Below are positions 9,422 to 20,614 of a stretch of 64,000 nt of DNA, in pieces. The stretch is from Escherichia coli (GTDB lineage: Bacteria > Pseudomonadota > Gammaproteobacteria > Enterobacterales > Enterobacteriaceae): the NCBI RefSeq assembly GCF_017348835.2, contig NZ_CP071375.1; one strand, given 5' to 3'. How positions within the stretch are numbered: the stretch's first letter is position 1; each line of letters begins with the position of its first letter. The position numbers and the translations under genes are program-made. A model generated the notes under the pieces. It did not search any database and was not told the origin of the DNA. It was given only the letters and a program-made list of their open reading frames with translations.

Positions 9422-10147
9422 GTGAGTAATAAAAACGTCAATGTAAGGAAATCGCAGGAAATAACATTCTGCTTGCTGGCAGGTATCCTGATGTTCATGG
9501 CAATGATGGTTGCCGGACGCGCTGAAGCGGGAGTGGCCTTAGGTGCGACTCGCGTAATTTATCCGGCAGGGCAAAAACAAGTGCAACTTGCCGTGACAAA
9601 TAATGATGAAAATAGCACCTATTTAATTCAATCATGGGTGGAAAATGCCGATGGTGTAAAGGATGGTCGTTTTATCGTGACGCCTCCTCTGTTTGCGATG
9701 AAGGGAAAAAAAGAGAATACCTTGCGTATTCTTGATGCAACAAATAACCAATTGCCACAGGACCGGGAAAGTTTATTCTGGATGAACGTTAAAGCGATTC
9801 CGTCAATGGATAAATCAAAATTGACTGAGAATACGCTACAGCTCGCAATTATCAGCCGCATTAAACTGTACTATCGTCCGGCTAAATTAGCGTTGCCACC
9901 CGATCAGGCCGCAGAAAAATTAAGATTTCGTCGTAGCGCGAATTCTCTGACGCTGATTAACCCCACACCCTATTACCTGACGGTAACAGAGTTGAATGCC
10001 GGAACCCGGGTTCTTGAAAATGCATTGGTGCCTCCAATGGGCGAAAGCACGGTTAAATTGCCTTCTGATGCAGGAAGCAATATTACTTACCGAACAATAA
10101 ATGATTATGGCGCACTTACCCCCAAAATGACGGGCGTAATGGAATAA
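9422..10147 (+). CDS. fimC: Periplasmic pilus chaperone
   Basis: 241 aa, GTG start, signal peptide, PapD-like chaperone; operon position. Confidence 0.9.
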   Translation: MSNKNVNVRKSQEITFCLLAGILMFMAMMVAGRAEAGVALGATRVIYPAGQKQVQLAVTNNDENSTYLIQSWVENADGVKDGRFIVTPPLFAMKGKKENTLRILDATNNQLPQDRESLFWMNVKAIPSMDKSKLTENTLQLAIISRIKLYYRPAKLALPPDQAAEKLRFRRSANSLTLINPTPYYLTVTELNAGTRVLENALVPPMGESTVKLPSDAGSNITYRTINDYGALTPKMTGVME

Positions 10148-10213
10148 CGCAGGGGGAATTTTTCGCCTGAATAAAAAGAATTGACTGCCGGGTGATTTTA
10201 AACCGGAGGAATA

Positions 10214-12850
10214 ATGTCATATCTGAATTTAAGACTTTACCAGCGAAACACACAATGCTTGCATATTCGTAAGCATCGTTTGGCTGGTTTTTTTGTCCGG
10301 CTCTTTGTTGCCTGTGCTTTTGCCGCACAGGCACCTTTGTCATCTGCCGAACTCTATTTTAACCCGCGTTTTTTAGCGGATGATCCCCAGGCTGTGGCTG
10401 ATTTATCGCGTTTTGAAAATGGGCAAGAATTACCGCCAGGGACGTATCGCGTCGATATCTATTTGAATAATGGTTATATGGCAACGCGTGATGTCACATT
10501 TAATACGGGCGACAGTGAACAAGGGATTGTTCCCTGCCTGACACGCGCGCAACTCGCCAGTATGGGGCTGAATACGGCTTCTGTCGCCGGTATGAATCTG
10601 CTGGCGGATGATGCCTGTGTGCCATTAACCACAATGGTCCAGGACGCTACTGCGCATTTAGATGTTGGTCAGCAGCGACTCAACCTGACGATCCCTCAGG
10701 CATTTATGAGTAATCGCGCGCGTGGTTATATTCCTCCTGAGTTATGGGATCCCGGTATTAATGCCGGATTGCTCAATTATAATTTCAGCGGAAATAGTGT
10801 ACAGAATCGGATTGGTGGTAACAGCCATTATGCATATTTAAACCTACAGAGTGGGTTAAATATTGGTGCGTGGCGTTTACGCGACAATACCAGCTGGAGT
10901 TATAACAGTAGCGACAGTTCATCAGGTAGCAAAAATAAATGGCAGCATATCAATACCTGGCTTGAGCGAGACATAATTCCTTTACGTTCCCGGCTGACGC
11001 TGGGTGATGGTTATACCCAGGGCGATATTTTCGATGGTATTAACTTTCGCGGCGCACAATTGGCCTCAGATGATAATATGTTACCCGATAGCCAAAGAGG
11101 ATTTGCCCCGGTGATCCACGGTATTGCTCGTGGTACTGCACAGGTAACTATTAAACAAAATGGGTATGACATTTATAATAGTACGGTGCCACCGGGGCCT
11201 TTTACCATCAACGATATCTATGCCGCAGGTAATAGTGGTGACTTGCAGGTAACGATCAAAGAGGCTGACGGCAGCACGCAGATTTTTACCGTACCCTATT
11301 CGTCAGTCCCGCTTTTGCAACGTGAAGGGCATACTCGTTATTCCATTACGGCAGGAGAATACCGTAGTGGAAATGCGCAGCAGGAAAAACCCCGCTTTTT
11401 CCAGAGTACATTACTCCACGGCCTTCCGGCTGGCTGGACAATATATGGTGGAACGCAACTGGCGGATCGTTATCGTGCTTTTAATTTCGGTATCGGGAAA
11501 AACATGGGAGCACTGGGCGCTCTGTCTGTGGATATGACGCAGGCTAATTCCACACTTCCCGATGACAGTCAGCATGACGGACAATCGGTGCGTTTTCTCT
11601 ATAACAAATCGCTCAATGAGTCAGGCACGAATATTCAGTTAGTGGGTTACCGTTATTCGACCAGCGGATATTTTAATTTCGCTGATACAACATACAGTCG
11701 AATGAATGGCTACAACATCGAAACACAGGATGGAGTTATTCAGGTTAAGCCGAAATTCACCGACTATTACAACCTCGCTTATAACAAACGCGGGAAATTA
11801 CAGCTCACCGTTACTCAGCAACTCGGGCGCACATCAACACTGTATTTTAGTGGTAGCCATCAAACTTATTGGGGAACGAGTAATGTCGATGAGCAATTCC
11901 AGGCTGGATTAAATACTGCGTTCGAAGATATCAACTGGACGCTCAGCTATAGCCTGACGAAAAACGCCTGGCAAAAAGGACGGGATCAGATGTTAGCGCT
12001 TAACGTCAATATTCCTTTCAGCCACTGGCTGCGTTCTGACAGTAAATCTCAGTGGCGACATGCCAGTGCCAGCTACAGCATGTCACACGATCTCAACGGT
12101 CGGATGACCAATCTGGCTGGTGTATACGGTACGTTGCTGGAAGACAACAACCTCAGCTATAGCGTGCAAACCGGCTATGCCGGGGGAGGCGATGGTAATA
12201 GCGGAAGTACAGGCTACGCCACGCTGAATTATCGCGGTGGTTACGGCAATGCCAATATCGGTTACAGCCATAGCGATGATATTAAGCAGCTCTATTACGG
12301 AGTCAGCGGTGGGGTATTGGCTCATGCCAATGGCGTAACGCTGGGGCAGCCGTTAAACGAAACAGTGGTGCTTGTTAAAGCGCCTGGCGCAAAAGATGCA
12401 AAAGTCGAAAACCAGACGGGGGTGCGTACCGACTGGCGTGGTTATGCCGTGCTGCCTTATGCCACTGAATATCGGGAAAACAGAGTGGCGCTGGATACCA
12501 ATACCCTGGCTGATAACGTCGATTTAGATAACGCGGTCGCTAACGTTGTTCCCACTCGTGGGGCGATCGTGCGAGCAGAGTTTAAAGCGCGCGTTGGGAT
12601 AAAACTGCTCATGACGCTAACACACAATAATAAGCCGCTGCCGTTCGGGGCGATGGTGACATCAGAGAGTAGCCAGAGTAGCGGCATTGTTGCGGATAAT
12701 GGCCAGGTTTACCTCAGCGGAATGCCTTTAGCGGGAAAAGTTCAGGTGAAATGGGGAGAAGAGGAAAATGCTCACTGTGTCGCCAATTATCAACTGCCAC
12801 CAGAGAGTCAGCAGCAGTTATTAACCCAGCTATCAGCTGAATGTCGTTAA
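10214..12850 (+). CDS. fimD: Outer-membrane fimbrial usher
   Basis: 878-aa ORF, length and operon position as K-12 FimD. Confidence 0.9.
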   Translation: MSYLNLRLYQRNTQCLHIRKHRLAGFFVRLFVACAFAAQAPLSSAELYFNPRFLADDPQAVADLSRFENGQELPPGTYRVDIYLNNGYMATRDVTFNTGDSEQGIVPCLTRAQLASMGLNTASVAGMNLLADDACVPLTTMVQDATAHLDVGQQRLNLTIPQAFMSNRARGYIPPELWDPGINAGLLNYNFSGNSVQNRIGGNSHYAYLNLQSGLNIGAWRLRDNTSWSYNSSDSSSGSKNKWQHINTWLERDIIPLRSRLTLGDGYTQGDIFDGINFRGAQLASDDNMLPDSQRGFAPVIHGIARGTAQVTIKQNGYDIYNSTVPPGPFTINDIYAAGNSGDLQVTIKEADGSTQIFTVPYSSVPLLQREGHTRYSITAGEYRSGNAQQEKPRFFQSTLLHGLPAGWTIYGGTQLADRYRAFNFGIGKNMGALGALSVDMTQANSTLPDDSQHDGQSVRFLYNKSLNESGTNIQLVGYRYSTSGYFNFADTTYSRMNGYNIETQDGVIQVKPKFTDYYNLAYNKRGKLQLTVTQQLGRTSTLYFSGSHQTYWGTSNVDEQFQAGLNTAFEDINWTLSYSLTKNAWQKGRDQMLALNVNIPFSHWLRSDSKSQWRHASASYSMSHDLNGRMTNLAGVYGTLLEDNNLSYSVQTGYAGGGDGNSGSTGYATLNYRGGYGNANIGYSHSDDIKQLYYGVSGGVLAHANGVTLGQPLNETVVLVKAPGAKDAKVENQTGVRTDWRGYAVLPYATEYRENRVALDTNTLADNVDLDNAVANVVPTRGAIVRAEFKARVGIKLLMTLTHNNKPLPFGAMVTSESSQSSGIVADNGQVYLSGMPLAGKVQVKWGEEENAHCVANYQLPPESQQQLLTQLSAECR

Positions 12851-12859
12851 GGGGGCGTG

Positions 12860-13390
12860 ATGAGAAACAAACCTTTTTATCTTCTGTGCGCTTTTTTGTG
12901 GCTGGCGGTGAGTCACGCTTTGGCTGCGGATAGCACGATTACAATCCGCGGCTATGTCAGAGATAACGGCTGTAGTGTGGCCGCTGAATCAACCAATTTT
13001 ACTGTTGATTTGATGGAAAACGCGGCGAAGCAATTTAACAACATTGGCGCGACGACTCCTGTCGTTCCATTTCGTATTTTGCTGTCACCCTGTGGTAATG
13101 CCGTTTCTGCCGTAAAGGTTGGGTTTACTGGCGTTGCAGATAGCCACAATGCCAACCTGCTTGCACTTGAAAATACGGTGTCAGCGGCTGCGGGACTGGG
13201 AATACAGCTTCTGAATGAGCAGCAAAATCAAATACCCCTTAATGCTCCATCGTCCGCGCTTTCGTGGACGACCCTGACGCCGGGTAAACCAAATACGCTG
13301 AATTTTTACGCCCGGCTAATGGCGACACAGGTGCCTGTCACTGCGGGGCATATCAATGCCACGGCTACCTTCACTCTTGAATATCAGTAA
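12860..13390 (+). CDS. fimF: Type 1 fimbrial minor subunit FimF
   Basis: ORF 12857..13390; ATG 12860 gives 176 aa; pilin fold with Cys pair and C-terminal ...TFTLEYQ. Confidence 0.85.
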
Positions 13391-13402
13391 CTGGAGATGC
13401 TC

Positions 13403-13906
13403 ATGAAATGGCGCAAACGTGGGTATTTATTGGCGGCAATATTGGCGCTCGCAAGTGCGACGATACAGGCAGCCGATGTCACCATCACGGTCAACGGTAA
13501 GGTCGTCGCCAAACCGTGCACAGTTTCCACCACCAATGCCACGGTTGATCTCGGCGATCTTTATTCTTTCAGTCTGATGTCTGCCGGGGCGGCATCGGCC
13601 TGGCATGATGTTGCGCTTGAGTTGACTAATTGTCCGGTGGGAACGTCGAGGGTCACCGCCAGCTTCAGCGGGGCAGCAGACAGTACCGGATATTATAAAA
13701 ACCAGGGGACCGCGCAAAACATCCAGTTAGAGCTACAGGATGACAGTGGCAACACATTGAATACTGGCGCAACCAAAACAGTTCAGGTGGATGATTCCTC
13801 ACAATCAGCGCACTTCCCGTTACAGGTCAGAGCATTGACGGTAAATGGCGGAGCCACTCAGGGAACCATTCAGGCAGTGATTAGCATCACTTATACCTAC
13901 AGCTGA
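13403..13906 (+). CDS. fimG: Type 1 fimbrial minor subunit FimG
   Basis: ORF 13397..13906; ATG 13403 preceded by GGAG gives 167 aa (MKWRKRGYLLAAILALASA...). Confidence 0.85.
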   Translation: MKWRKRGYLLAAILALASATIQAADVTITVNGKVVAKPCTVSTTNATVDLGDLYSFSLMSAGAASAWHDVALELTNCPVGTSRVTASFSGAADSTGYYKNQGTAQNIQLELQDDSGNTLNTGATKTVQVDDSSQSAHFPLQVRALTVNGGATQGTIQAVISITYTYS

Positions 13907-13925
13907 ACCCGAAGAGATAATTGTA

Positions 13926-14828
13926 ATGAAACGAGTTATTACCCTGTTTGCTGTACTGCTGATGGGCTGGTCGGTAAATGCCTGGTCATTCGCCTGTAAA
14001 ACCGCTAATGGTACCGCTATCCCTATTGGCGGTGGCAGCGCTAATGTTTATGTAAACCTTGCGCCCGCCGTGAATGTGGGGCAAAACCTGGTTGTGGATC
14101 TTTCGACGCAAATCTTTTGCCATAACGATTATCCGGAAACCATTACAGACTATGTCACACTGCAACGAGGCTCGGCTTATGGCGGCGTGTTATCTAATTT
14201 TTCCGGGACCGTAAAATATAGTGGCAGTAGCTATCCATTTCCGACCACCAGCGAAACGCCGCGCGTTGTTTATAATTCGAGAACGGATAAGCCGTGGCCG
14301 GTGGCGCTTTATTTGACGCCTGTGAGCAGTGCGGGCGGGGTGGCGATTAAAGCTGGCTCATTAATTGCCGTGCTTATTTTGCGACAGACCAACAACTATA
14401 ACAGCGATGATTTCCAGTTTGTGTGGAATATTTACGCCAATAATGATGTGGTGGTGCCTACTGGCGGCTGCGATGTTTCTGCTCGTGATGTCACCGTTAC
14501 TCTGCCGGACTACCCTGGTTCAGTGCCAATTCCTCTTACCGTTTATTGTGCGAAAAGCCAAAACCTGGGGTATTACCTCTCCGGCACAACCGCAGATGCG
14601 GGCAACTCGATTTTCACCAATACCGCGTCGTTTTCACCAGCGCAGGGCGTCGGCGTACAGTTGACGCGCAACGGTACGATTATTCCAGCGAATAACACGG
14701 TATCGTTAGGAGCAGTAGGGACTTCGGCGGTAAGTCTGGGATTAACGGCAAATTACGCTCGTACCGGAGGGCAGGTGACTGCAGGGAATGTGCAATCGAT
14801 TATTGGCGTGACTTTTGTTTATCAATAA
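13926..14828 (+). CDS. fimH: Type 1 fimbrial adhesin (mannose-binding)
   Basis: 300-aa ORF, last gene of the fim operon; lectin-domain N-terminus FACKTANGTAIPIGGGSANVYVNLAP. Confidence 0.9.
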   Translation: MKRVITLFAVLLMGWSVNAWSFACKTANGTAIPIGGGSANVYVNLAPAVNVGQNLVVDLSTQIFCHNDYPETITDYVTLQRGSAYGGVLSNFSGTVKYSGSSYPFPTTSETPRVVYNSRTDKPWPVALYLTPVSSAGGVAIKAGSLIAVLILRQTNNYNSDDFQFVWNIYANNDVVVPTGGCDVSARDVTVTLPDYPGSVPIPLTVYCAKSQNLGYYLSGTTADAGNSIFTNTASFSPAQGVGVQLTRNGTIIPANNTVSLGAVGTSAVSLGLTANYARTGGQVTAGNVQSIIGVTFVYQ

Positions 14829-14900
14829 AAAAATTACAGCGCATTGCTAATGCTGGTACCTGAGGCGCTACGCTATCAGACCTACAAAACCTGCACGTTA

Positions 14901-14950
14901 GCCCTTTGTAGGCCAGATAAGACGCGTCAGCGTCGCATCTGGCATAAACA
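14901..14950. repeat. REP (repetitive extragenic palindromic) element downstream of fimH
   Basis: GCCCTTTGTAGGCCAGATAAGACGCGTCAGCGTCGCATCTGGCATAAACA, typical E. coli REP consensus. Confidence 0.65.
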
Positions 14951-14969
14951 AAGCGCACTTTGCTGGTCT

Positions 14970-15030
14970 GTTCCCCTCACCCTAACCCTCTCCCCGGAGG
15001 GGCGAGGGGACTGGCCGGGCACATTTTTAG
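14970..15030. terminator. GC-rich imperfect inverted repeat followed by a T-run; putative terminator between convergent fimH and gntP
   Basis: CCCCTCACCCTAACCCTCTCCCCGGAGGGGCGAGGGGA then ...CACATTTTT; lies between fimH stop (14828) and gntP stop (15078). Confidence 0.4.
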
Positions 15031-15077
15031 ACTTTGTCATCAGTCAGAGCCTGCCAATGGCAGGATCTGGTGTTCTT

Positions 15078-16421
15078 TTACGCTACCACGCTAATAATCA
15101 GCACAATAATAAGCCCAACCACGGAGTTGACCAGCTCCAGCTGACCCCAGGTTTTCAACGTGTCTTTTACCGACAGGTCAAAGTAACCTTTGAACAGCCA
15201 GAATGAGGCATCATTAATGTGGGTGAGGGTGTTGGAACCCGCAGCCGTCGCCAGCACCAGCAGCGCCGGATTCACGCCAACCAGCTGACCAGTTGCTGGA
15301 TCAAGGATTGCAGCACTGATAATCCCGGCGGCGGTCATCGCCGAAACGACACCCTGACCCGTCGCCAGACGAATTAGCACAGTGATCAGCCATGCCATGA
15401 TGTAGGGCGAGATATTGCCGTGGGACATCAACATGCCGATGGTGTCGCCAATGCCGGTGTCGATGATGGTCTGCTTCAGCACGCCACCCGCACCGATGAT
15501 CAGAATCACCATTGCAATACTCTTCACCGCGCTTTCAAAAGCGTTCATCACCCACTGCATGTCATGACCACGTGCGGTGCCAAAGAGTACGAATGCAACC
15601 ACCATCGCAATAAACATTGCAATCGGCGAGGAACCGATAAAGTTAACCACTTCCCAGGCAGGGGTATCTTTTACCAGCCAGATATTGGCGATGGTGGTAG
15701 AGATCATAATGATCGCCGGGATCAGCGGCACCAGAATCGAAACGCCGAAAGAGGGCAGATTATTCATATCTACCGGTTGATCTGCTTTCAGGAATGATGG
15801 CGTTGGGCGCTCAAGATTGCCGAGGAACTTCGGCAGGATCAGACCTGCGCAGATTACACTTGGGATCGTCACCAGTACGCCATAGATATAAACCATCCCC
15901 ATATCCGCGCCATAAGCATTCACCAGCGCCACCGGACCCGGCTGCGGTGGGAACAGTGAATGTGCGGTAGTGGCAGCTGCTACTGCCGGGATCGCCAGTT
16001 TCAGGAACGGAATTTTAGCTTCGGCGGCAATAACAATAACCAGCGGCGCTAACATGATAAAGGCCACTTCATAGAACATCGCCAGACCAAAAATCAGGCC
16101 GATGATAATCACCGACAGCTGTACATAGCGCAGACCGAGACGCGCCAGCAGCGTATGCGCTATCTGGTGAGCCGCGCCGGAGTCGACCATCAATTTACCG
16201 ATGACCGCACCGAACACCACGATGATAGCCAGTTCCCCCAGCGTGTTGCCGAAGCCCGCTTTCATAGTGTGCAGCAGCGACATCAAATCCATGCCCGCCA
16301 GCATCCCGACGGACAGCGCCGCCACCAACAAAGCCACCATTGAATTGATTTTGAACTTCAAATTCAGTACCAGCATCAGACCAATGCCGAATACCACCCA
16401 GAGAATGTTAAGCACATGCAT
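15078..16421 (-). CDS. gntP: Gluconate/fructuronate transporter (GntP family)
   Basis: 447-aa polytopic membrane ORF, length and position as K-12 GntP. Confidence 0.9.
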   Translation of the reverse strand: MHVLNILWVVFGIGLMLVLNLKFKINSMVALLVAALSVGMLAGMDLMSLLHTMKAGFGNTLGELAIIVVFGAVIGKLMVDSGAAHQIAHTLLARLGLRYVQLSVIIIGLIFGLAMFYEVAFIMLAPLVIVIAAEAKIPFLKLAIPAVAAATTAHSLFPPQPGPVALVNAYGADMGMVYIYGVLVTIPSVICAGLILPKFLGNLERPTPSFLKADQPVDMNNLPSFGVSILVPLIPAIIMISTTIANIWLVKDTPAWEVVNFIGSSPIAMFIAMVVAFVLFGTARGHDMQWVMNAFESAVKSIAMVILIIGAGGVLKQTIIDTGIGDTIGMLMSHGNISPYIMAWLITVLIRLATGQGVVSAMTAAGIISAAILDPATGQLVGVNPALLVLATAAGSNTLTHINDASFWLFKGYFDLSVKDTLKTWGQLELVNSVVGLIIVLIISVVA

Positions 16422-16583
16422 AACGTTTTACCTTACCTGGTTGAACCGTTGTTATTTTGGGCGACATGTTATGTAAATTGGTCAACCATTGTTGCGATGA
16501 ATGTCACATCCTCTGATCAATAACCATCGATTACCCTTTGCTGCAATTTGCAGCAACAACCATGAGAGTGAAATTCTTGTGAT

Positions 16584-16595
16584 TTGGTTAACCAA
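16584..16595. promoter_or_regulatory. Candidate UxuR/ExuR operator (perfect palindrome TTGGTTAACCAA) upstream of uxuA
   Basis: Perfect 12-bp palindrome within GATTTGGTTAACCAATTTC, resembling the UxuR/ExuR box; a -35-like TTGACA follows at 16610..16615. Confidence 0.5.
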
Positions 16596-16760
16596 TTTCA
16601 GAATTCGGGTTGACATGTCTTACCAAAAGGTAGAACTTATACGCCATCTCATCCGATGCAACGCCACGGCTGCGGTCTGGTTGTTCATCCGGATACCTAA
16701 ACAACTCCAGGGTTCCGCGTCTCTTTGCTGTGGAACCCACTATGTGAAAGAGGAAAAATC

Positions 16761-17945
16761 ATGGAACAGACCTGGCGCTGGTACGGCCCAAACGATCCGG
16801 TTTCTTTAGCTGATGTCCGTCAGGCGGGCGCAACTGGCGTGGTTACCGCGCTGCACCATATCCCGAACGGCGAAGTATGGTCCGTTGAAGAGATCCTCAA
16901 ACGCAAGGCGATCATTGAAGACGCAGGCCTGGTGTGGTCTGTCGTAGAAAGCGTGCCAATTCACGAAGATATCAAAACCCACACTGGCAACTATGAGCAG
17001 TGGATCGCTAACTATCAGCAGACTCTGCGCAACCTGGCGCAGTGCGGCATTCGCACCGTGTGCTACAACTTCATGCCGGTGCTCGACTGGACCCGTACTG
17101 ACCTCGAATACGTGCTGCCAGACGGCTCCAAAGCTCTGCGCTTCGACCAGATCGAATTCGCTGCATTCGAAATGCATATCCTGAAACGCCCAGGCGCGGA
17201 AGCGGATTACACCGAAGAAGAAATTGCTCAGGCTGCTGTTCGCTTCGCCACTATGAGCGATGAAGACAAAGCGCGTCTGACCCGTAACATCATTGCTGGT
17301 CTTCCGGGCGCGGAAGAAGGCTACACCCTCGACCAGTTCCGTAAACACCTGGAGCTGTACAAAGATATCGACAAAGCGAAGCTGCGCGAAAACTTTGCCG
17401 TCTTCCTGAAAGCGATTATTCCAGTTGCTGAAGAAGTCGGCGTGCGTATGGCTGTTCACCCGGACGATCCGCCGCGCCCGATCCTCGGCCTGCCGCGCAT
17501 TGTTTCCACCATTGAAGATATGCAGTGGATGGTTGATACCGTAAACAGCATGGCAAACGGTTTTACCATGTGCACCGGTTCCTACGGCGTGCGTGCTGAC
17601 AACGATCTGGTTGATATGATCAAGCAGTTCGGTCCGCGTATTTACTTCACCCATCTGCGCTCCACCATGCGTGAAGATAACCCGAAAACCTTCCACGAAG
17701 CGGCGCACCTGAACGGTGACGTTGATATGTACGAAGTGGTGAAAGCGATTGTTGAAGAAGAACACCGTCGTAAAGCGGAAGGCAAAGAAGACCTGATCCC
17801 GATGCGTCCGGACCACGGTCATCAGATGCTGGACGACCTGAAGAAGAAAACCAACCCAGGTTACTCCGCAATTGGTCGTCTGAAAGGCCTGGCCGAAGTT
17901 CGCGGTGTCGAACTGGCGATCCAGCGCGCTTTCTTTAGCCGTTAA
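16761..17945 (+). CDS. uxuA: Mannonate dehydratase
   Basis: ORF 16725..17945; ATG 16761 ([28 protein letters not shown]) gives 394 aa. Confidence 0.9.
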   Translation: MEQTWRWYGPNDPVSLADVRQAGATGVVTALHHIPNGEVWSVEEILKRKAIIEDAGLVWSVVESVPIHEDIKTHTGNYEQWIANYQQTLRNLAQCGIRTVCYNFMPVLDWTRTDLEYVLPDGSKALRFDQIEFAAFEMHILKRPGAEADYTEEEIAQAAVRFATMSDEDKARLTRNIIAGLPGAEEGYTLDQFRKHLELYKDIDKAKLRENFAVFLKAIIPVAEEVGVRMAVHPDDPPRPILGLPRIVSTIEDMQWMVDTVNSMANGFTMCTGSYGVRADNDLVDMIKQFGPRIYFTHLRSTMREDNPKTFHEAAHLNGDVDMYEVVKAIVEEEHRRKAEGKEDLIPMRPDHGHQMLDDLKKKTNPGYSAIGRLKGLAEVRGVELAIQRAFFSR

Positions 17946-18025
17946 TATCCACCGGCATGGCTGCGCGCCGTGCCGGTTCCTTCTTCCTTGCCGTCACTCT
18001 TTGAAGACGGATTCTGGAGTTTACG

Positions 18026-19486
18026 ATGACTACTATTGTTGACAGCAATCTGCCGGTTGCCCGCCCGTCATGGGATCATTCTCGTCTGGAATCACGCATT
18101 GTGCATCTCGGTTGCGGGGCGTTTCACCGCGCGCACCAGGCGCTGTATACCCATCATCTGCTGGAAAGCACCGACAGCGACTGGGGCATCTGCGAAGTTA
18201 ACCTGATGCCAGGCAACGACCGCGTGCTGATCGAAAACCTGAAAAAACAGCAACTGCTGTACACCGTAGCGGAAAAAGGCGCAGAGAGCACCGAGCTGAA
18301 AATTATCGGTTCGATGAAAGAAGCGCTGCATCCGGAAATCGATGGCTGCGAAGGTATTCTCAACGCGATGGCGCGTCCGCAAACGGCGATTGTCTCTCTA
18401 ACGGTCACGGAAAAAGGCTACTGCGCTGATGCGGCAAGCGGTCAACTGGATCTCAATAACCCGCTGATCAAGCACGATCTGGAAAACCCGACTGCGCCGA
18501 AGTCCGCGATTGGTTACATCGTCGAAGCGTTGCGTCTGCGTCGTGAAAAAGGGTTGAAAGCGTTTACGGTGATGTCCTGCGATAACGTGCGTGAAAACGG
18601 TCATGTGGCGAAGGTCGCGGTACTGGGGCTGGCTCAGGCGCGTGACCCGCAGCTGGCGGCATGGATTGAAGAAAATGTCACCTTCCCGTGCACCATGGTT
18701 GACCGCATCGTTCCGGCGGCGACGCCAGAAACCTTACAGGAAATTGCTGACCAGCTGGGTGTTTACGACCCGTGCGCCATTGCCTGCGAACCGTTCCGTC
18801 AGTGGGTGATTGAAGATAACTTCGTTAATGGTCGCCCGGATTGGGATAAAGTGGGCGCACAGTTCGTTGCAGACGTTGTGCCGTTCGAAATGATGAAGCT
18901 GCGTATGCTGAACGGCAGCCACTCTTTTCTGGCGTACCTCGGTTACCTCGGCGGCTATGAAACCATTGCCGACACCATGACTAACCCGGCTTATCGCAAA
19001 GCGGCCTTTGCCCTGATGATGCAGGAACAAGCGCCAACGCTGTCGATGCCGGAAGGTACAGACCTGAACGCCTATGCGACGCTGCTGATCGAGCGTTTCA
19101 GCAACCCGTCTCTGCGTCACCGTACCTGGCAGATTGCGATGGACGGCAGCCAGAAGTTACCGCAGCGTCTGCTGGACCCGGTGCGTCTGCACCTGCAAAA
19201 CGGCGGTAGCTGGCGTCACCTGGCGCTGGGCGTGGCTGGCTGGATGCGCTACACCCAGGGCGTGGATGAGCAGGGTAATGCCATTGACGTGGTTGATCCG
19301 ATGCTGGCGGAGTTCCAGAAGATCAACGCGCAGTATCAGGGCGCAGACCGCGTGAAAGCGCTGCTGGGCCTGAGCGGTATTTTTGCCGATGATCTGCCGC
19401 AGAATGCCGACTTTGTTGGCGCGGTGACGGCGGCATATCAGCAGCTGTGCGAATGTGGTGCGCGCGAGTGTGTGGCTGCGCTGTAA
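18026..19486 (+). CDS. uxuB: D-mannonate oxidoreductase (fructuronate reductase)
   Basis: 486-aa ORF; position after uxuA. Confidence 0.9.
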   Translation: MTTIVDSNLPVARPSWDHSRLESRIVHLGCGAFHRAHQALYTHHLLESTDSDWGICEVNLMPGNDRVLIENLKKQQLLYTVAEKGAESTELKIIGSMKEALHPEIDGCEGILNAMARPQTAIVSLTVTEKGYCADAASGQLDLNNPLIKHDLENPTAPKSAIGYIVEALRLRREKGLKAFTVMSCDNVRENGHVAKVAVLGLAQARDPQLAAWIEENVTFPCTMVDRIVPAATPETLQEIADQLGVYDPCAIACEPFRQWVIEDNFVNGRPDWDKVGAQFVADVVPFEMMKLRMLNGSHSFLAYLGYLGGYETIADTMTNPAYRKAAFALMMQEQAPTLSMPEGTDLNAYATLLIERFSNPSLRHRTWQIAMDGSQKLPQRLLDPVRLHLQNGGSWRHLALGVAGWMRYTQGVDEQGNAIDVVDPMLAEFQKINAQYQGADRVKALLGLSGIFADDLPQNADFVGAVTAAYQQLCECGARECVAAL

Positions 19487-19509
19487 CTAACTGATTACCC
19501 TACAGACTT

Positions 19510-19555
19510 ACTGGTCAATCAAACTGATATTTGGTTGACCAGTTTTCGTTTTTTT
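19510..19555 (+). terminator. Rho-independent terminator of uxuB
   Basis: Stem ACTGGTCAA (19510..19518) / TTGACCAGT (19535..19543) followed by TTTTCGTTTTTTT. Confidence 0.6.
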
Positions 19556-19622
19556 GCCCACCTGTACGTGCCAACTTCCAGTGCTAATGGTATAGTTTGA
19601 GATTAACGGGGGCCGTAAAATT

Positions 19623-19668
19623 GCCCGTTGTAGGCCGGATAAGGCGTTCACGCCGCATCCGGCAAAAA
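19623..19668. repeat. REP element between uxuB and uxuR
   Basis: GCCCGTTGTAGGCCGGATAAGGCGTTCACGCCGCATCCGGCAAAAA. Confidence 0.7.
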
Positions 19669-19700
19669 TTTGATTAACCGCACCTAACGGACACAACACC

Positions 19701-20474
19701 ATGAAATCTGCCACCTCTGCGCAAAGACCTTACCAGGAAGTCGGGGCGATGATCCGCGATCTGATCATAAAGACGCCGTACAATCCTGGCGAACGGCTGC
19801 CGCCGGAGCGTGAAATTGCAGAAATGCTTGATGTCACGCGGACGGTGGTACGTGAAGCGCTGATCATGCTGGAGATCAAAGGGCTGGTGGAAGTGCGCCG
19901 GGGTGCCGGTATCTATGTTCTTGATAGCTCAGGCAGCCACAACACAGACAGTCCGGATGCCAACGTCTGCAACGATGCCGGTCCTTTTGAGCTGTTACAG
20001 GCGCGGCAGTTATTGGAGAGCAACATCGCCGAGTTTGCCGCTTTGCAGGCTACCCGCGAAGATATCGTCAAAATGCGTCAGGCATTGCAACTGGAAGAGC
20101 GTGAACTGGCTTCCAGTGCGCCGGGCAGCAGCGAAAGCGGTGACATGCAGTTCCATCTCGCTATTGCCGAAGCAACGCATAACAGCATGCTGGTGGAGCT
20201 GTTCCGTCAGTCCTGGCAGTGGCGGGAAAACAATCCAATGTGGATCCAGTTGCACAGCCATCTGGATGACAGCCTGTATCGCAAAGAGTGGTTGGGCGAT
20301 CACAAACAGATCCTCGCCGCGTTAATCAAAAAAGATGCCCGAGCGGCGAAGCTGGCAATGTGGCAGCATCTGGAAAACGTTAAGCAACGTCTGCTGGAAT
20401 TCTCGAACGTTGACGATATTTATTTTGATGGCTATCTGTTTGATTCATGGCCGCTGGATAAAGTCGACGCCTGA
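19701..20474 (+). CDS. uxuR: GntR/FadR-family repressor of the uxu regulon
   Basis: 257-aa ORF; N-terminal HTH (RLPPEREIAEMLDVTRTVVREAL) plus FCD domain. Confidence 0.9.
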   Translation: MKSATSAQRPYQEVGAMIRDLIIKTPYNPGERLPPEREIAEMLDVTRTVVREALIMLEIKGLVEVRRGAGIYVLDSSGSHNTDSPDANVCNDAGPFELLQARQLLESNIAEFAALQATREDIVKMRQALQLEERELASSAPGSSESGDMQFHLAIAEATHNSMLVELFRQSWQWRENNPMWIQLHSHLDDSLYRKEWLGDHKQILAALIKKDARAAKLAMWQHLENVKQRLLEFSNVDDIYFDGYLFDSWPLDKVDA

Positions 20475-20614
20475 CTTATTATAATAAGCGCAAGGGTAAA
20501 CGTTCCTTGCGCTTTCTTAAATTAAGAAGTCGCAATGAGTATTACTTTGTAAATTGCAGGGTATTGTTTAGCTATCTGTATAACCTGAATGTTAGTACTC
20601 ATTCTTCCTGGTAG

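Noticed and set aside
14844..15206. 120-aa ORF downstream of fimH
   Set aside because: Spans the REP element and GC-rich terminator hairpin and runs into the gntP 3' end on the opposite strand; translation is low complexity.
16806..17822. 338-aa ORF antisense to uxuA
   Set aside because: Lies entirely inside and opposite the well-supported uxuA frame; low-complexity, R/H/V/F-rich translation typical of an antisense frame of a GC-rich gene.
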